NCBI GenBank assembly: GCA_964587425.1
Contig: CAZPLB010000001.1
Location: 30,545-94,544, forward strand
Direction: 5' to 3'
Source: an uncultured Gammaproteobacteria bacterium
GTDB lineage: Bacteria > Patescibacteriota > Microgenomatia > UBA8517
Length of the DNA stretch: 64,000 nucleotides
Shown here: piece by piece, positions 18,113-27,672 of the stretch
Layout: every line of letters begins with the position of its first letter
Numbering within the stretch: position 1 is the first letter of the stretch
Program-made: the position numbers and the translations under genes
Notes under the pieces: model-generated
Database searches by the model: none
The model's input: only the letters and a program-made list of their open reading frames with translations
Told to the model about the DNA's origin: nothing

Positions 18113-19099
18113 TTATTTTCTTCTTTTTTCCCAAACTTCAGGATTAACAATATTTTCTGGTTGTTTGTCGCTTGCAACATCTAAAATTGCTTGTACCACC
18201 TGGCTTCCCATTTTATCTCTTGCTTCATTTGTCGCTGATGCAATGTGGGGAGTTAATATCACATTTGGCATTCCAATTAGTTCTGGATCAATACTAGGTT
18301 CATTGTCAAAAACATCAAGACCAGCAGCTCCCAACTGTCCACTCCTTAATTCTTTTACTAAATCTGTTTCACTTACAATTGGACCCCTGGCAGTATTAAC
18401 CAAGATTGCACCTTTTTTCATTTTTGCAAATGTCGCTTCATTTACCATGTGCCTTGTTTCATCTGTTAGTGGGACATGGAGAGATACAATGTCTGATGAG
18501 GCGAAAAGTGTATCAAGGTCTGCAAACTTAATTCCCAGCTCTGACTCTACCTTTGGATCTGGTTCTCTTTTATTATATAAAACATTCATTTCAAATCCTT
18601 TGGCGCGTTTGGCAACCATGGTTCCAATTCTTCCAAGACCTATTATTCCAAGTGTTTTTCCTTTAAGAGTAGTTCCTAGAAAAATATCAGGTTCCCAACC
18701 TTTATATCCTCCACTTCTGGTTGCTTTGTCTGCTTCTACTACTCTTCTGGCAAGACCCAGTATTAATGCCCAAGTGTGTTCGGCAACTGCTTCATTTACT
18801 TCGTCGCTTGGAGTATTAACTACCACAATTCCCCTGTCTGTTGCTGCTTTTACATCAACATTATCAAAGCCAACGGCATAATTACTTACTATTTTTAACT
18901 GTGGACCTGCTGCATCCATTAAATCACCATCAATTCTATCTGTGAGCAAACAAAGAAGGGCATCTATGCCTTTTACTTTTTCTACTAGTTCTTCCTGTGT
19001 TAGTGGTCTATCTACTTCTGAGACAAGAACTTGATTTCCGTCCACTTTTAGCTTTTCAATGTGGTTTCCTGGAATTTTTCTTGTTACAAATATTTTCAT
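18113..19099 (-). CDS. D-isomer-specific 2-hydroxyacid dehydrogenase (glyoxylate/hydroxypyruvate reductase or PGDH-like)
   Basis: NAD-binding 'GIIGLGRIGTMVAKRAKGFEM', catalytic His near C-terminus. Confidence 0.85.
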   Translation of the reverse strand: MKIFVTRKIPGNHIEKLKVDGNQVLVSEVDRPLTQEELVEKVKGIDALLCLLTDRIDGDLMDAAGPQLKIVSNYAVGFDNVDVKAATDRGIVVVNTPSDEVNEAVAEHTWALILGLARRVVEADKATRSGGYKGWEPDIFLGTTLKGKTLGIIGLGRIGTMVAKRAKGFEMNVLYNKREPDPKVESELGIKFADLDTLFASSDIVSLHVPLTDETRHMVNEATFAKMKKGAILVNTARGPIVSETDLVKELRSGQLGAAGLDVFDNEPSIDPELIGMPNVILTPHIASATNEARDKMGSQVVQAILDVASDKQPENIVNPEVWEKRRK

Positions 19100-19126
19100 A
19101 TTATTAATCTAAATTAAACAATAATC

Positions 19127-20122
19127 TTAAAATTCTTCAACTTTAACATCTGAACTTTTGCATCTTTCAAGCCATGCTGGAATTTCATCTTCATGAAGAA
19201 GTCCACGCTGGGGACCAATATATCCAATAACTGAAGATGAATTTACCATTCCCCAAAGGAGGGCTTCGGTTAATGGTTTTCCTTTAATGAGAGCTCCAAG
19301 GCAACCTGAACCAAAGGCGTCTCCTGCTCCAGTTCTTTCATATGCATCAACAGGGAGAATTCCAGTTTTATAGAACTTTCCATTTTCAAGTGCAAATGCA
19401 CCTTGTCCACCATCTGTGATTATTGGAACTTTGCAACCTAATTTATTGAGTGCTGTTAATAATTCTTTTTCATTATTTGCAGAGGCCGTTATTCCTGTTA
19501 AATTTTGGGCTTCTTCTCTATTTACAAATATAATTTGAGATATTTTCATAATCTCTGCTATATCTTTTGGGTCTGCCCTTAACTGCCAACTGCCTGGATT
19601 GAAGGCAAGTTTTACAGTTGGATTTTTGGCAAGCCACTCTGCCATATGTTTATAAAATGGTCTAAAGGATTCACCCATTGAAGTAAGGTAGACCCATGGG
19701 ACAGTTGGCAGTTGGACTGGGTATTCATATGAACGGGGTGCGTGATATACAAAAATGGTTCGTTCACTTTGATAGTTAACTACTGTTGAATAATTTGAAC
19801 TTGTTTGGGTTTGCTGGAAAACATAAGTTCTGTCTACTTTTTCTTTCTCAAGAGTTTGAACGATTTGGTTGCCAATGTTGTCATCTCCTAGAGTCAACAC
19901 AATTGCTGTTTTAATTCCCAACCTACTTGCACCAACTGCATTATTTGCTGCATTTCCACCAATTGAGAAATTCAGGGATTTAACTGGAATTTTGTCTCCA
20001 AAAGAAAAACAGATGAGGCAGTCCTTTGTGTCTAATTTACACATGGTTTGAGACTCTGTTGGCTCTATGAAAGTGTCAAGAGAAGCGTCGCCTACTGAGA
20101 GCAGTTCAAAATTATTGTCCAT
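19127..20122 (-). CDS. PfkB-family carbohydrate kinase
   Basis: C-terminal 'TGAGDAFGSGCL' PfkB signature. Confidence 0.75.
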   Translation of the reverse strand: MDNNFELLSVGDASLDTFIEPTESQTMCKLDTKDCLICFSFGDKIPVKSLNFSIGGNAANNAVGASRLGIKTAIVLTLGDDNIGNQIVQTLEKEKVDRTYVFQQTQTSSNYSTVVNYQSERTIFVYHAPRSYEYPVQLPTVPWVYLTSMGESFRPFYKHMAEWLAKNPTVKLAFNPGSWQLRADPKDIAEIMKISQIIFVNREEAQNLTGITASANNEKELLTALNKLGCKVPIITDGGQGAFALENGKFYKTGILPVDAYERTGAGDAFGSGCLGALIKGKPLTEALLWGMVNSSSVIGYIGPQRGLLHEDEIPAWLERCKSSDVKVEEF

Positions 20123-21083
20123 ATCGGGCTAGTGAATTCATTTTAGCACGGTTAAAGAAAGCGAGTTTTGCAGCTTCTTTGTTCTCTTCTTTGCCTGACC
20201 AAATTTTTAAGGCTGAATTTTGAAGAGCTCGGCCAAAGGAAAAGCTTAACTGCCAAGGACCACCGATTTTATTTAATTCACGCAAATTGTTTGCTGCTTC
20301 ATCCTCAGACTGACCACCAGATAAAAAGACAATGCCTGGAACTTCAGATGGCACAGTGTCTTTCAACACTTCGATTGTTTTTTGGGCAATTTCAGTTGAC
20401 TCTACAATTTGTCCACTGTCCTTACCTGGCAGAATCATATTGGGTTTAAGAAGCATACCTTTTAGATCTACATTCTTTTCTTTCAGTTTGATGAAAACTA
20501 CTTTTAAAATTGCTCTTGTTATCTCGTAGGTTTTTAAAATATCGTGTATTCCATCCATTAGTACTTCGGGCTCCACAATTGGAACCATACCGGCATCCTG
20601 CGAAGCTTTTGCAAACTCTGCCAAAAGCTTTGCATTTTCTTCAACACATTGGATAGATGGCATATCATTCCCTATTGTAAAAACTGCACGCCACTTGGTG
20701 AATTTGGCTCCCAACTCTTTGTATTCTGTCAATCTTTGGGGCAACCCTTCAATTCCTTTGGTTATTTTGTCTCCTGGGTGGCCTTCAAAATCAATTGTTC
20801 CCCCATCTACTTTAATGCCAGGAATAATATTTGGATTTGTAAGAATCTTTGAACGAATTGTTTCGTCAAACATAATTATTCCACTAATGAATTCTTCAAT
20901 CCCTGGAGCACTAAAAAGCATTTCTCTATATAACTTTCTTGTCTCTTCTGTAGATGGAACATTAATCGTTGCAAAACGTTTTTCTATAGTTGGAAATGAT
21001 TCATCTGCAGCTAATATTCCCTTGCCTGGAGCAACTAATGCTTTTGCAATTTGACTAATATCATCCATCATTAAATCTAGCAT
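20112..21083 (-). CDS. fba: Fructose-bisphosphate aldolase, class I (eukaryote-type)
   Basis: 'GILAADES' and 'IVFLSGGQSEDEA' class I blocks. Confidence 0.85.
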   Translation of the reverse strand: MLDLMMDDISQIAKALVAPGKGILAADESFPTIEKRFATINVPSTEETRKLYREMLFSAPGIEEFISGIIMFDETIRSKILTNPNIIPGIKVDGGTIDFEGHPGDKITKGIEGLPQRLTEYKELGAKFTKWRAVFTIGNDMPSIQCVEENAKLLAEFAKASQDAGMVPIVEPEVLMDGIHDILKTYEITRAILKVVFIKLKEKNVDLKGMLLKPNMILPGKDSGQIVESTEIAQKTIEVLKDTVPSEVPGIVFLSGGQSEDEAANNLRELNKIGGPWQLSFSFGRALQNSALKIWSGKEENKEAAKLAFFNRAKMNSLARYGQ

Positions 21084-21104
21084 TTGTGTTAGGATAATTA
21101 AAGA

Positions 21105-21551
21105 GTGAAGAAAAATATCTTTGGATTTGCACCGGTAATTATATTGGTTCTAGTTTTAGTTATTGCTGTAGTTGTAGGAGTTTTTTATTTTAGACGCCAA
21201 GGGAATAATTACTCTTCGAGCCCCACTCCACCTTTCTTTTCCAACGTCAAAGAAAATACTAAATTGCCTAGTTCTGGGACAGTTGTTGTAAAGGGAACAG
21301 TTCCTGCTGGATGGATGTTTGAAGGGCAGCTTCAAATTAAATTACTTGATGTAGATAAGAAAGTAATAGCAACTGCAGTTGGCAAAGAAACTATTCCTGG
21401 TTCCTGGCAAAGTAGCGAACCTGCTGACTTTTCTGGAACATTAACTTTTACAACAAATGCAAAGAGTGGGTATTTAGTCATTGAGGCGGATAATCCAAGT
21501 GGAAAACCTGAGAATGACAAAAACTACGAGATTTATATTCAGTTTGAATAG
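21105..21551 (+). CDS. Membrane-anchored Gmad2/GerM-like immunoglobulin-fold protein
   Basis: N-terminal TM helix, beta-rich C-terminal domain. Confidence 0.4.
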   Translation: MKKNIFGFAPVIILVLVLVIAVVVGVFYFRRQGNNYSSSPTPPFFSNVKENTKLPSSGTVVVKGTVPAGWMFEGQLQIKLLDVDKKVIATAVGKETIPGSWQSSEPADFSGTLTFTTNAKSGYLVIEADNPSGKPENDKNYEIYIQFE

Positions 21552-21568
21552 AATTAATAAAAAAAGGG

Positions 21569-21733
21569 TTATTCGACTTTTGTGATCGTTACACCTTTGC
21601 CATCCGGAGTTATTTCAACAGAAACTTTGGTGCCGGCATGAATATCCAGTTCCTTGCAAACTCCCCTGGGAAGTGGAACACATAGTTGTCCTTTGTATTC
21701 AATTACTGTGACGATATGACTACCTTTTTTCAT
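21569..21733 (-). CDS. Unlisted 54-aa AbrB/MazE (SpoVT-AbrB) fold protein, antitoxin-like
   Basis: Manual translation MKKGSHIVTVIEYKGQLCVPLPRGVCKELDIHAGTKVSVEITPDGKGVTITKVE; below the ORF-track size cutoff. Confidence 0.45.
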   Translation of the reverse strand: MKKGSHIVTVIEYKGQLCVPLPRGVCKELDIHAGTKVSVEITPDGKGVTITKVE

Positions 21734-21735
21734 AC

Positions 21736-22011
21736 TTATGTCTGGAGTTCTTTTTCAACTCCTTGAGAAATGTATTGCTTCATCAAAGTTTGATATGGCA
21801 TATCTTTTTTGTTAGCTACAGACTTTACTTTGGCTAGTAAGCTTGTGGTGACACGAAGTGAAATGGGCTGTCTAGTCAATTTAAGATTGGGAAAGATGGC
21901 ATGTCTGGCTTTAGACCAATCAAAATATTCGCTAGTGTCAACTTTGGCCCAAAAGTCTCTTTCTTCATCTTCATTTTTGAACTCTGGTATTTTTTTAAGA
22001 TTTTTTTTCAT
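21736..22011 (-). CDS. brnA: BrnA antitoxin (CopG/RHH-like)
   Basis: 'KNEDEERDFWAK...ISLRV...MPYQTLMK' BrnA pattern; overlaps brnT. Confidence 0.8.
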   Translation of the reverse strand: MKKNLKKIPEFKNEDEERDFWAKVDTSEYFDWSKARHAIFPNLKLTRQPISLRVTTSLLAKVKSVANKKDMPYQTLMKQYISQGVEKELQT

Positions 22012-22336
22012 ATAGTCTTTTCTCTTTTTTATTTGCCGATCTTACTGAAATTATTCTGATTTTCTTATTTCTAATCGTAAATATTACGTTTAATAATTTA
22101 TTATTTTCACTCTTACCTATAATTTGATATCTATTTTCTGTTTTGGAATGCTTAGAATCCTCGGAAAAAACAGACTTTTCATCTAAAAAAACCTGTTCTG
22201 CTTCTTCGTTATTGATTCTATGCTTCGTAAAATTTTTATTTATATTCCCTTTGTCCCACTCAAATTCAAGCGGTTCAGGAATAATATCCATTATATTGGA
22301 GTATATACCAGGTAAATACAGATTGTCAAGGGTCAA
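21995..22336 (-). CDS. brnT: BrnT toxin (DUF497 ribonuclease)
   Basis: 'FEWDKGNINKNFTKH' and 'IRIISVRSANKKEKRLY' signature blocks. Confidence 0.8.
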   Translation of the reverse strand: MTLDNLYLPGIYSNIMDIIPEPLEFEWDKGNINKNFTKHRINNEEAEQVFLDEKSVFSEDSKHSKTENRYQIIGKSENNKLLNVIFTIRNKKIRIISVRSANKKEKRLYEKKS

Positions 22337-23328
22337 TTGTTTTTTCTTTTAATTACTCTTTTTGCAGCGTCAACAATATGGTGAGATTTCATGCCATATT
22401 TTTCTAGTAATTCTTCTGGTTTTCCTGATTCGCCAAAATGATTAGGCATACCAATGAATTCAATTGGGGTTGGATGGTTTCTAGATAAACTTTCTGCAAC
22501 AGCTCCACCCAACCCTCCTGTGATTTGGTGCTCTTCTACTGTTACTACTGCTCCTGTTATTTTTGCAGCTTTAATGATTGTTTGTTCATCAAGGGGTTTA
22601 ATTGTGTGGGAATTTATAACCAAACATTCTATTTTACTTTTTGCTAAATCTTTAGCCGCCAATAATGTTTCGTAAACAAGAGGGCCACAGGCAATAATGG
22701 CAACCTGCGGGTCTTTTGATTCCCAGATAACTTCAGCTTTTCCTATTTTAAAAGGAGTTTCTACTGTTGTGAAGACTGGAGACTTTTCTCTTGCAAATCT
22801 TAAATATGTTGGCTTGCCATTTTTAGCTGCTTCAATTGTTGCTTTCTTTGCTTCTATTGAATCGGCAGGATATACAACAATCATATTGGGCATGGCGCGC
22901 ATTAAGGCAATATCCTCGAGCATTTGATGAGTTGCTCCATCTGGACCAACTGAAACTCCAGCATGGGCTCCTGCAATTTTCACTGGAACATCATTTAGAG
23001 CAATTGTCGTTCTAATTTGCTCCCAGTTGCGTCCTGGAGAAAAACAAGCATAGCTACTGATGAAAGGAATTTTGCCATAATTTGCCATACCTGCAGCTAT
23101 TGTTGCCATTCCCTGCTCTGCAACTCCTACTTCAATAAATCTTTCTGGGAATTTTTCTTTGAAGAGAATACTTTTTGTGCTTTCTGTTAAATCTGCACAA
23201 AGAACAACAACTCTCTCATCTTTCTCTCCCGCTGCAACAAGACCTTCACCATATCCTTGTCTGGTTGGTTGCATTTCAATATCTTTTTTGAAAATTTTTG
23301 GTGATAATTTTTGTTTTGGATTTAACAT
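22333..23328 (-). CDS. Transketolase, C-terminal subunit (split transketolase)
   Basis: Pyrimidine-binding and C-terminal domain blocks. Confidence 0.9.
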   Translation of the reverse strand: MLNPKQKLSPKIFKKDIEMQPTRQGYGEGLVAAGEKDERVVVLCADLTESTKSILFKEKFPERFIEVGVAEQGMATIAAGMANYGKIPFISSYACFSPGRNWEQIRTTIALNDVPVKIAGAHAGVSVGPDGATHQMLEDIALMRAMPNMIVVYPADSIEAKKATIEAAKNGKPTYLRFAREKSPVFTTVETPFKIGKAEVIWESKDPQVAIIACGPLVYETLLAAKDLAKSKIECLVINSHTIKPLDEQTIIKAAKITGAVVTVEEHQITGGLGGAVAESLSRNHPTPIEFIGMPNHFGESGKPEELLEKYGMKSHHIVDAAKRVIKRKNN

Positions 23329-23334
23329 TTAATA

Positions 23335-23610
23335 TTAATATTTAGTAACGTGTGACATATTCCAAATATCAAATAGTGATACGTCAAAAGGTTCTTCTGT
23401 ATCGCTAGTTGTCCAGAAACGATGAGAATTATATACTCTGGTTTTAGAAACTTTTAAAACGCACTCTGTTGAAACCCCAACGGCCTGAAGTTGACCAATA
23501 GACGAGGAAATATATTTTCTACAAGTTACTGTTGGAATTTTAAGTAAAACAAATAATAAAATTCCAAAACAGACTATAAACACTAAAGGTCTGAAGTATT
23601 TTTTATTCAT
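23335..23610 (-). CDS. Hypothetical small membrane protein inserted between transketolase subunit genes
   Basis: ORF with N-terminal TM helix. Confidence 0.3.
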   Translation of the reverse strand: MNKKYFRPLVFIVCFGILLFVLLKIPTVTCRKYISSSIGQLQAVGVSTECVLKVSKTRVYNSHRFWTTSDTEEPFDVSLFDIWNMSHVTKY

Positions 23611-24451
23611 GTTCTGATTTTATCTTTCCTTGCAAAGTCCTTAATTCATGCAATGCTATTTTTGCTTCTTCTGGTGTTGGAGGTTTACCATGCCATTCAA
23701 ACTTGTTTTCCATAAAGTCAACTCCTTTGCCTGGAATTGTGTGGGCTATTATTACAGTTGGTTTTTCATACACACTTCTGGCGTGATTAACTGCATTTAT
23801 TATTTCTTCAAAATTGTGGCCATCAATGTGTAAGACATGCCAATTAAATGCTTTGTATTTGTCTTCAAGAGGTTCAAGGGGCATGACATTTTCTGTGTAT
23901 CCATCTATTTGAATATTATTGCGGTCTACAAAGCTTGTTAAATTTGAAAGTTTATACTTACCAGCAAACTCGACTGCTTCCCAATGATTTCCTTCGTCAT
24001 GCTCTCCATCGCTTGTTATGCAAAATACCCTAAATCTTTTATTGTCCATTCGACTTGCGTATGCATAGCCCGAAGCTTGTGCAAGACCGCTTCCCAGTGG
24101 CCCTGATGTTGTTTCGACTCCAGGGAGCTTCAATCTTTCGGGGTGGCCTTGAAGACGGCTTCCCAGTTTTCTTAATGTTTTTAATTCTTTTTTCTCAAAA
24201 TAACCTGCTTCAGCCATGGTTGCATACCTTACTGGACAAATGTGACCATTACTTAAAATTAATCTGTCTCTATCTTCCCAATCTGGATTTTTGGGGTCAT
24301 GATTCATTATTTCAAAATATAGAGCAGTGAAAATATCTGCCATCCCAAGGGGGCCTGCAGAATGGCCACTGCCTGCTGCCACAAGCATTTGAATAATGTC
24401 TTGCCTTACCTCATTGGCAATTTTTTCTAGATCTTTTGTCGAGTGTTTCAT
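23603..24451 (-). CDS. Transketolase, N-terminal (TPP-binding) subunit
   Basis: 'GSGHSAGPLGMADIFTALY' and 'GDGEHDEG' TPP motifs. Confidence 0.9.
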   Translation of the reverse strand: MKHSTKDLEKIANEVRQDIIQMLVAAGSGHSAGPLGMADIFTALYFEIMNHDPKNPDWEDRDRLILSNGHICPVRYATMAEAGYFEKKELKTLRKLGSRLQGHPERLKLPGVETTSGPLGSGLAQASGYAYASRMDNKRFRVFCITSDGEHDEGNHWEAVEFAGKYKLSNLTSFVDRNNIQIDGYTENVMPLEPLEDKYKAFNWHVLHIDGHNFEEIINAVNHARSVYEKPTVIIAHTIPGKGVDFMENKFEWHGKPPTPEEAKIALHELRTLQGKIKSEHE

Positions 24452-25056
24452 GCTGTATTTTCAAATGCTTTTTCATCCTGACTTGCGTTTTCTTTGTTTT
24501 GGGAAAATTCATCAAAAAGCTGTATTGCTGCATATGCCTCTTGGGGGGTATTTGCTATCCTATACACCTTTAGATCTTCCGGTCTTATTCTCATGTTATC
24601 AACAAATGCTTTAATTATTGGCTCCCAAAATTGTCCGTATAAAATAAGCGGTTTGTGGTGGCCATAGTAGAGACGAGCTAAACCCCATGCCATTCCAAAT
24701 TCGCTGATCGTTCCAGTTCCCCCTTTTAGGATCACATAGGCATCTCCTAATTCGAGAAGCTTCAAGGTTCTTTCCAAATAATTTTTGCAAACAATTTCTT
24801 GATCCATTGGGTTATTTGGATCTCTGCCTTCAAAATTTGTAATGTCTTTGGGGTAGAAGGTTGCTCCAATTGCCATCCCTCCTGCTGCTTTGGCTCCTTC
24901 TGAGACTGCACGCATGGTTCCAGGGCCACCACCGTTAATTGCAACAAATCCCTTACCACTTAAGAATTTGGCACATTCATAGGCTTCTTTGTAAAGTGGA
25001 TCTGAAGGACTAGCATCAGCAAAACCAAAATATGAAATGTGTTTTATTTTTCCCAT
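24448..25056 (-). CDS. LOG family protein (Rossmann-fold nucleotide hydrolase, TIGR00730-like)
   Basis: 'INGGGPGTM' and 'KGGTGTISE' motifs. Confidence 0.8.
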   Translation of the reverse strand: MGKIKHISYFGFADASPSDPLYKEAYECAKFLSGKGFVAINGGGPGTMRAVSEGAKAAGGMAIGATFYPKDITNFEGRDPNNPMDQEIVCKNYLERTLKLLELGDAYVILKGGTGTISEFGMAWGLARLYYGHHKPLILYGQFWEPIIKAFVDNMRIRPEDLKVYRIANTPQEAYAAIQLFDEFSQNKENASQDEKAFENTA

Positions 25057-25063
25057 TTTTTAA

Positions 25064-25696
25064 TTACATCCAAATATTCTTGAGATTGTTTTCAAGCCCA
25101 CCTTCAAAAATTCTTTTGCCTACGACTACCTCGTCTACTCCACTTTTTTCCATATCTTCTATCAACTGTTTTGTGACTCCACCGTCTATACAGATTTTGA
25201 ATTTTAGATTAAGTCCACGCCTGATGGACTCTACCTTTCCTATTTTGTCCCAGACATCTAGATTAAATTCTTGCCCACTAAAACCTGCTTCAACACTCAT
25301 CAATAAAATAACATCTACTTTTGATATGACTTCTTGGTCCAACTTATCTACTGGGGTACTTAGGTCTACTGCAAGTCCAACGAGCATATTTTTTTCTTTT
25401 ACTCTCTCAACAAATTCCTTTTGGCTCTCCATCATTTCTATTTGACCAATAAGCCTATTGCCTTTCTTTTCTCTACACTTATCTATCCAACTAACAGGGT
25501 CTTTCACCATTAAGTGAAAATCAAAATCTAAAGTGGTATTTAATTTGGAAAGAACGGATGGATCAACTGTTTTGTTGTTTGCAAAAACTCCATCGAGAAT
25601 ATCTATTTGAATTCTGTCAACTTTTTCTTCAGATTCTTGGACAAGTCTCTCCAGTTCTCCTTGGTCGTTGGTTAAGATGGCAGGAATGATTTTCAT
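25064..25696 (-). CDS. rpe: Ribulose-phosphate 3-epimerase
   Basis: 'IDILDGVFANN' and 'FDFHLMV' motifs. Confidence 0.8.
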   Translation of the reverse strand: MKIIPAILTNDQGELERLVQESEEKVDRIQIDILDGVFANNKTVDPSVLSKLNTTLDFDFHLMVKDPVSWIDKCREKKGNRLIGQIEMMESQKEFVERVKEKNMLVGLAVDLSTPVDKLDQEVISKVDVILLMSVEAGFSGQEFNLDVWDKIGKVESIRRGLNLKFKICIDGGVTKQLIEDMEKSGVDEVVVGKRIFEGGLENNLKNIWM

Positions 25697-26160
25697 TTTT
25701 TGTATTTTTCTTGAAATTCTTTTAAAGCATTCATTTGGTTTTCCAAGATATGTATTTCAGGCCTCGCTCCTTGAATTTTTGCAATTGCTTCATCAATATT
25801 TAAATTTTCAAATCTAATGAGATAAGCAGCTAGCATTGTTGGACTTCTTCCGTGGCCGTTTTTGCAGTGAAGAAAAACTTTTTTGTTTTTTAAAACTGCT
25901 TCATTTATAACATTTGTTCCAATGGCAAACTGGGCTTCGTTTGGAGAACTATTATTTTGCACTGGAAGCCAAACATATGCATCCATATTGTCTGGAGGAA
26001 CTTCTTTTTTCTCCATACTTAAATTGAGTTCTACTGTAACACCAAGCTCTTTGAATTCACTGCCATGAATCGGACAAATATTTCCCTTGCAAAGATCAGA
26101 ACCAATGAAGATATTATCAGTTATTTGGGAAAAATCCATTATGTGTCCATCGTCTTGCAT
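25693..26160 (-). CDS. Dual-specificity / protein tyrosine phosphatase (CX5R)
   Basis: Active site 'HCKNGHGRSP'. Confidence 0.75.
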   Translation of the reverse strand: MQDDGHIMDFSQITDNIFIGSDLCKGNICPIHGSEFKELGVTVELNLSMEKKEVPPDNMDAYVWLPVQNNSSPNEAQFAIGTNVINEAVLKNKKVFLHCKNGHGRSPTMLAAYLIRFENLNIDEAIAKIQGARPEIHILENQMNALKEFQEKYKK

Positions 26161-26165
26161 AATTT

Positions 26166-26558
26166 TTAATTTAAAGTTGTTAATTTACAAATAGAATTTA
26201 TATTGAAAACAGAACCAGTTTCTCTGCATTGTGCAGAAATATATAATAAAATGAGAAAAACTGTACCTATGATAATTAAAGTTTTTGATACATTTGATAA
26301 ATGGAAAATATAGTAAATTGAATAATTTTTATCATTTCTTTTTGGAAACAAGTAGACAATTGTAATTACTAATGTAATCAACATTGGTAATAATAAGACC
26401 CAAAAACTATTTTCGGATAATGAATTCCTAAAATGTAGATAGAGCAAGAATTGGATAATTAAATAAATTGGAATTATAAATAAGTTGATCCGTGCATTTG
26501 TTACGCTAACATTAAATAATATTTTTATTTCTTTTTGGATTTGTTTTATAAATTTCAT
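26166..26558 (-). CDS. Hypothetical membrane protein
   Basis: ORF, 3-4 TM helices. Confidence 0.3.
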   Translation of the reverse strand: MKFIKQIQKEIKILFNVSVTNARINLFIIPIYLIIQFLLYLHFRNSLSENSFWVLLLPMLITLVITIVYLFPKRNDKNYSIYYIFHLSNVSKTLIIIGTVFLILLYISAQCRETGSVFNINSICKLTTLN

Positions 26559-26565
26559 TTTGTTA

Positions 26566-27669
26566 TCATATTTTGGCGAAAGTTAGAGTAAGCGGATCTG
26601 ATGGTGCTAGGTCGCTTGAAAGAGAATTCCCTACTCTAATTACTTGCTCAACCAATCTATTTGTATATCCCCACTCATTGTCGTACCAAGCAAAAACTTT
26701 TACCAAGTTTCCACCAATTACTTGGGTTAGTGAAAGATCAACTATTGCTGACTCACTTCTTCCAATGATGTCTGATGAGACAAGGGGTTCCTCACTCACT
26801 GCTAAGATTCCTTTGTAAATTGCATTTTGGGTTGCTTCTTTGAAAGCATTATTTACTTCTTCAACTGTAACGGGCTTTTTTGTAACAATTGCAAAATCTG
26901 TAATAGAACCTGTTATTGTTGGAACTCTCAAAGAAATGCCATCAAATAATCCTTTTAGCTCAGGAATTGTTTCTGTTGTTGAAATTGCAGCTCCCGTTGA
27001 TGTTGGGATAATGTTCATAGCAGCGGCACGAGCTCGGCGAAGATCTTTGTGGGAACTGTCCTGCAACACTTGGTCGTCTGTGTAGCTATGAATTGTTGTC
27101 ATTGCAGCCTTTTCAATGCCAAATTTTCCGTACATTACTGCTGCAACTGGGGCAACACAATTTGTAGTGCAGCTGGCATTTGAAATAACTTCAGCTTTGC
27201 CATCATAGTCATTAACTGATAAAACATAAGTTGAGACGTTTCCGCCTTTTGGAGGAGCTGAAATGACTACTCTTTTTGCTCCTCCAATAGCATGCTTTTT
27301 GGCATCTTCTTCAGTTATAAATCTACCAGTTGATTCGATAACAATATCAACCCCATACTTCCCCCAGGGAATTTTAGCTGGATCCTTTTGTGCTAGAACT
27401 GGAATCTTTAAATTATTAACAAGGAGATTCCCTATCTGAGGATCTTCATCGGTTACTTCTTCAATCTTTTTTAACTCCTCTGATTTAACATCATGTTCGA
27501 ATTTTCTGTATGTGGTGTCGTAATTGGTTAAATGTGCCCAACCAGCTGTTGGCATGCTGCCTGAAGTATTTATGGCAACAAATTCGATAGCACCTGAGTG
27601 TTTTAAAAGTCCTATTCTAAAAGCAAGCCTTCCAATTCTCCCGAAGCCGTTAATACCAACTTTCACCAT
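26566..27669 (-). CDS. gap: Glyceraldehyde-3-phosphate dehydrogenase, type I
   Basis: 'VGINGFGRIGR', 'ASCTTNC' active site. Confidence 0.95.
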   Translation of the reverse strand: MVKVGINGFGRIGRLAFRIGLLKHSGAIEFVAINTSGSMPTAGWAHLTNYDTTYRKFEHDVKSEELKKIEEVTDEDPQIGNLLVNNLKIPVLAQKDPAKIPWGKYGVDIVIESTGRFITEEDAKKHAIGGAKRVVISAPPKGGNVSTYVLSVNDYDGKAEVISNASCTTNCVAPVAAVMYGKFGIEKAAMTTIHSYTDDQVLQDSSHKDLRRARAAAMNIIPTSTGAAISTTETIPELKGLFDGISLRVPTITGSITDFAIVTKKPVTVEEVNNAFKEATQNAIYKGILAVSEEPLVSSDIIGRSESAIVDLSLTQVIGGNLVKVFAWYDNEWGYTNRLVEQVIRVGNSLSSDLAPSDPLTLTFAKI

Positions 27670-27672
27670 ACT

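Noticed and set aside
18105-18881. 258-aa plus-strand ORF
   Set aside because: Antisense to the well-supported 2-hydroxyacid dehydrogenase; Ser/Thr/Leu-rich with no motifs.
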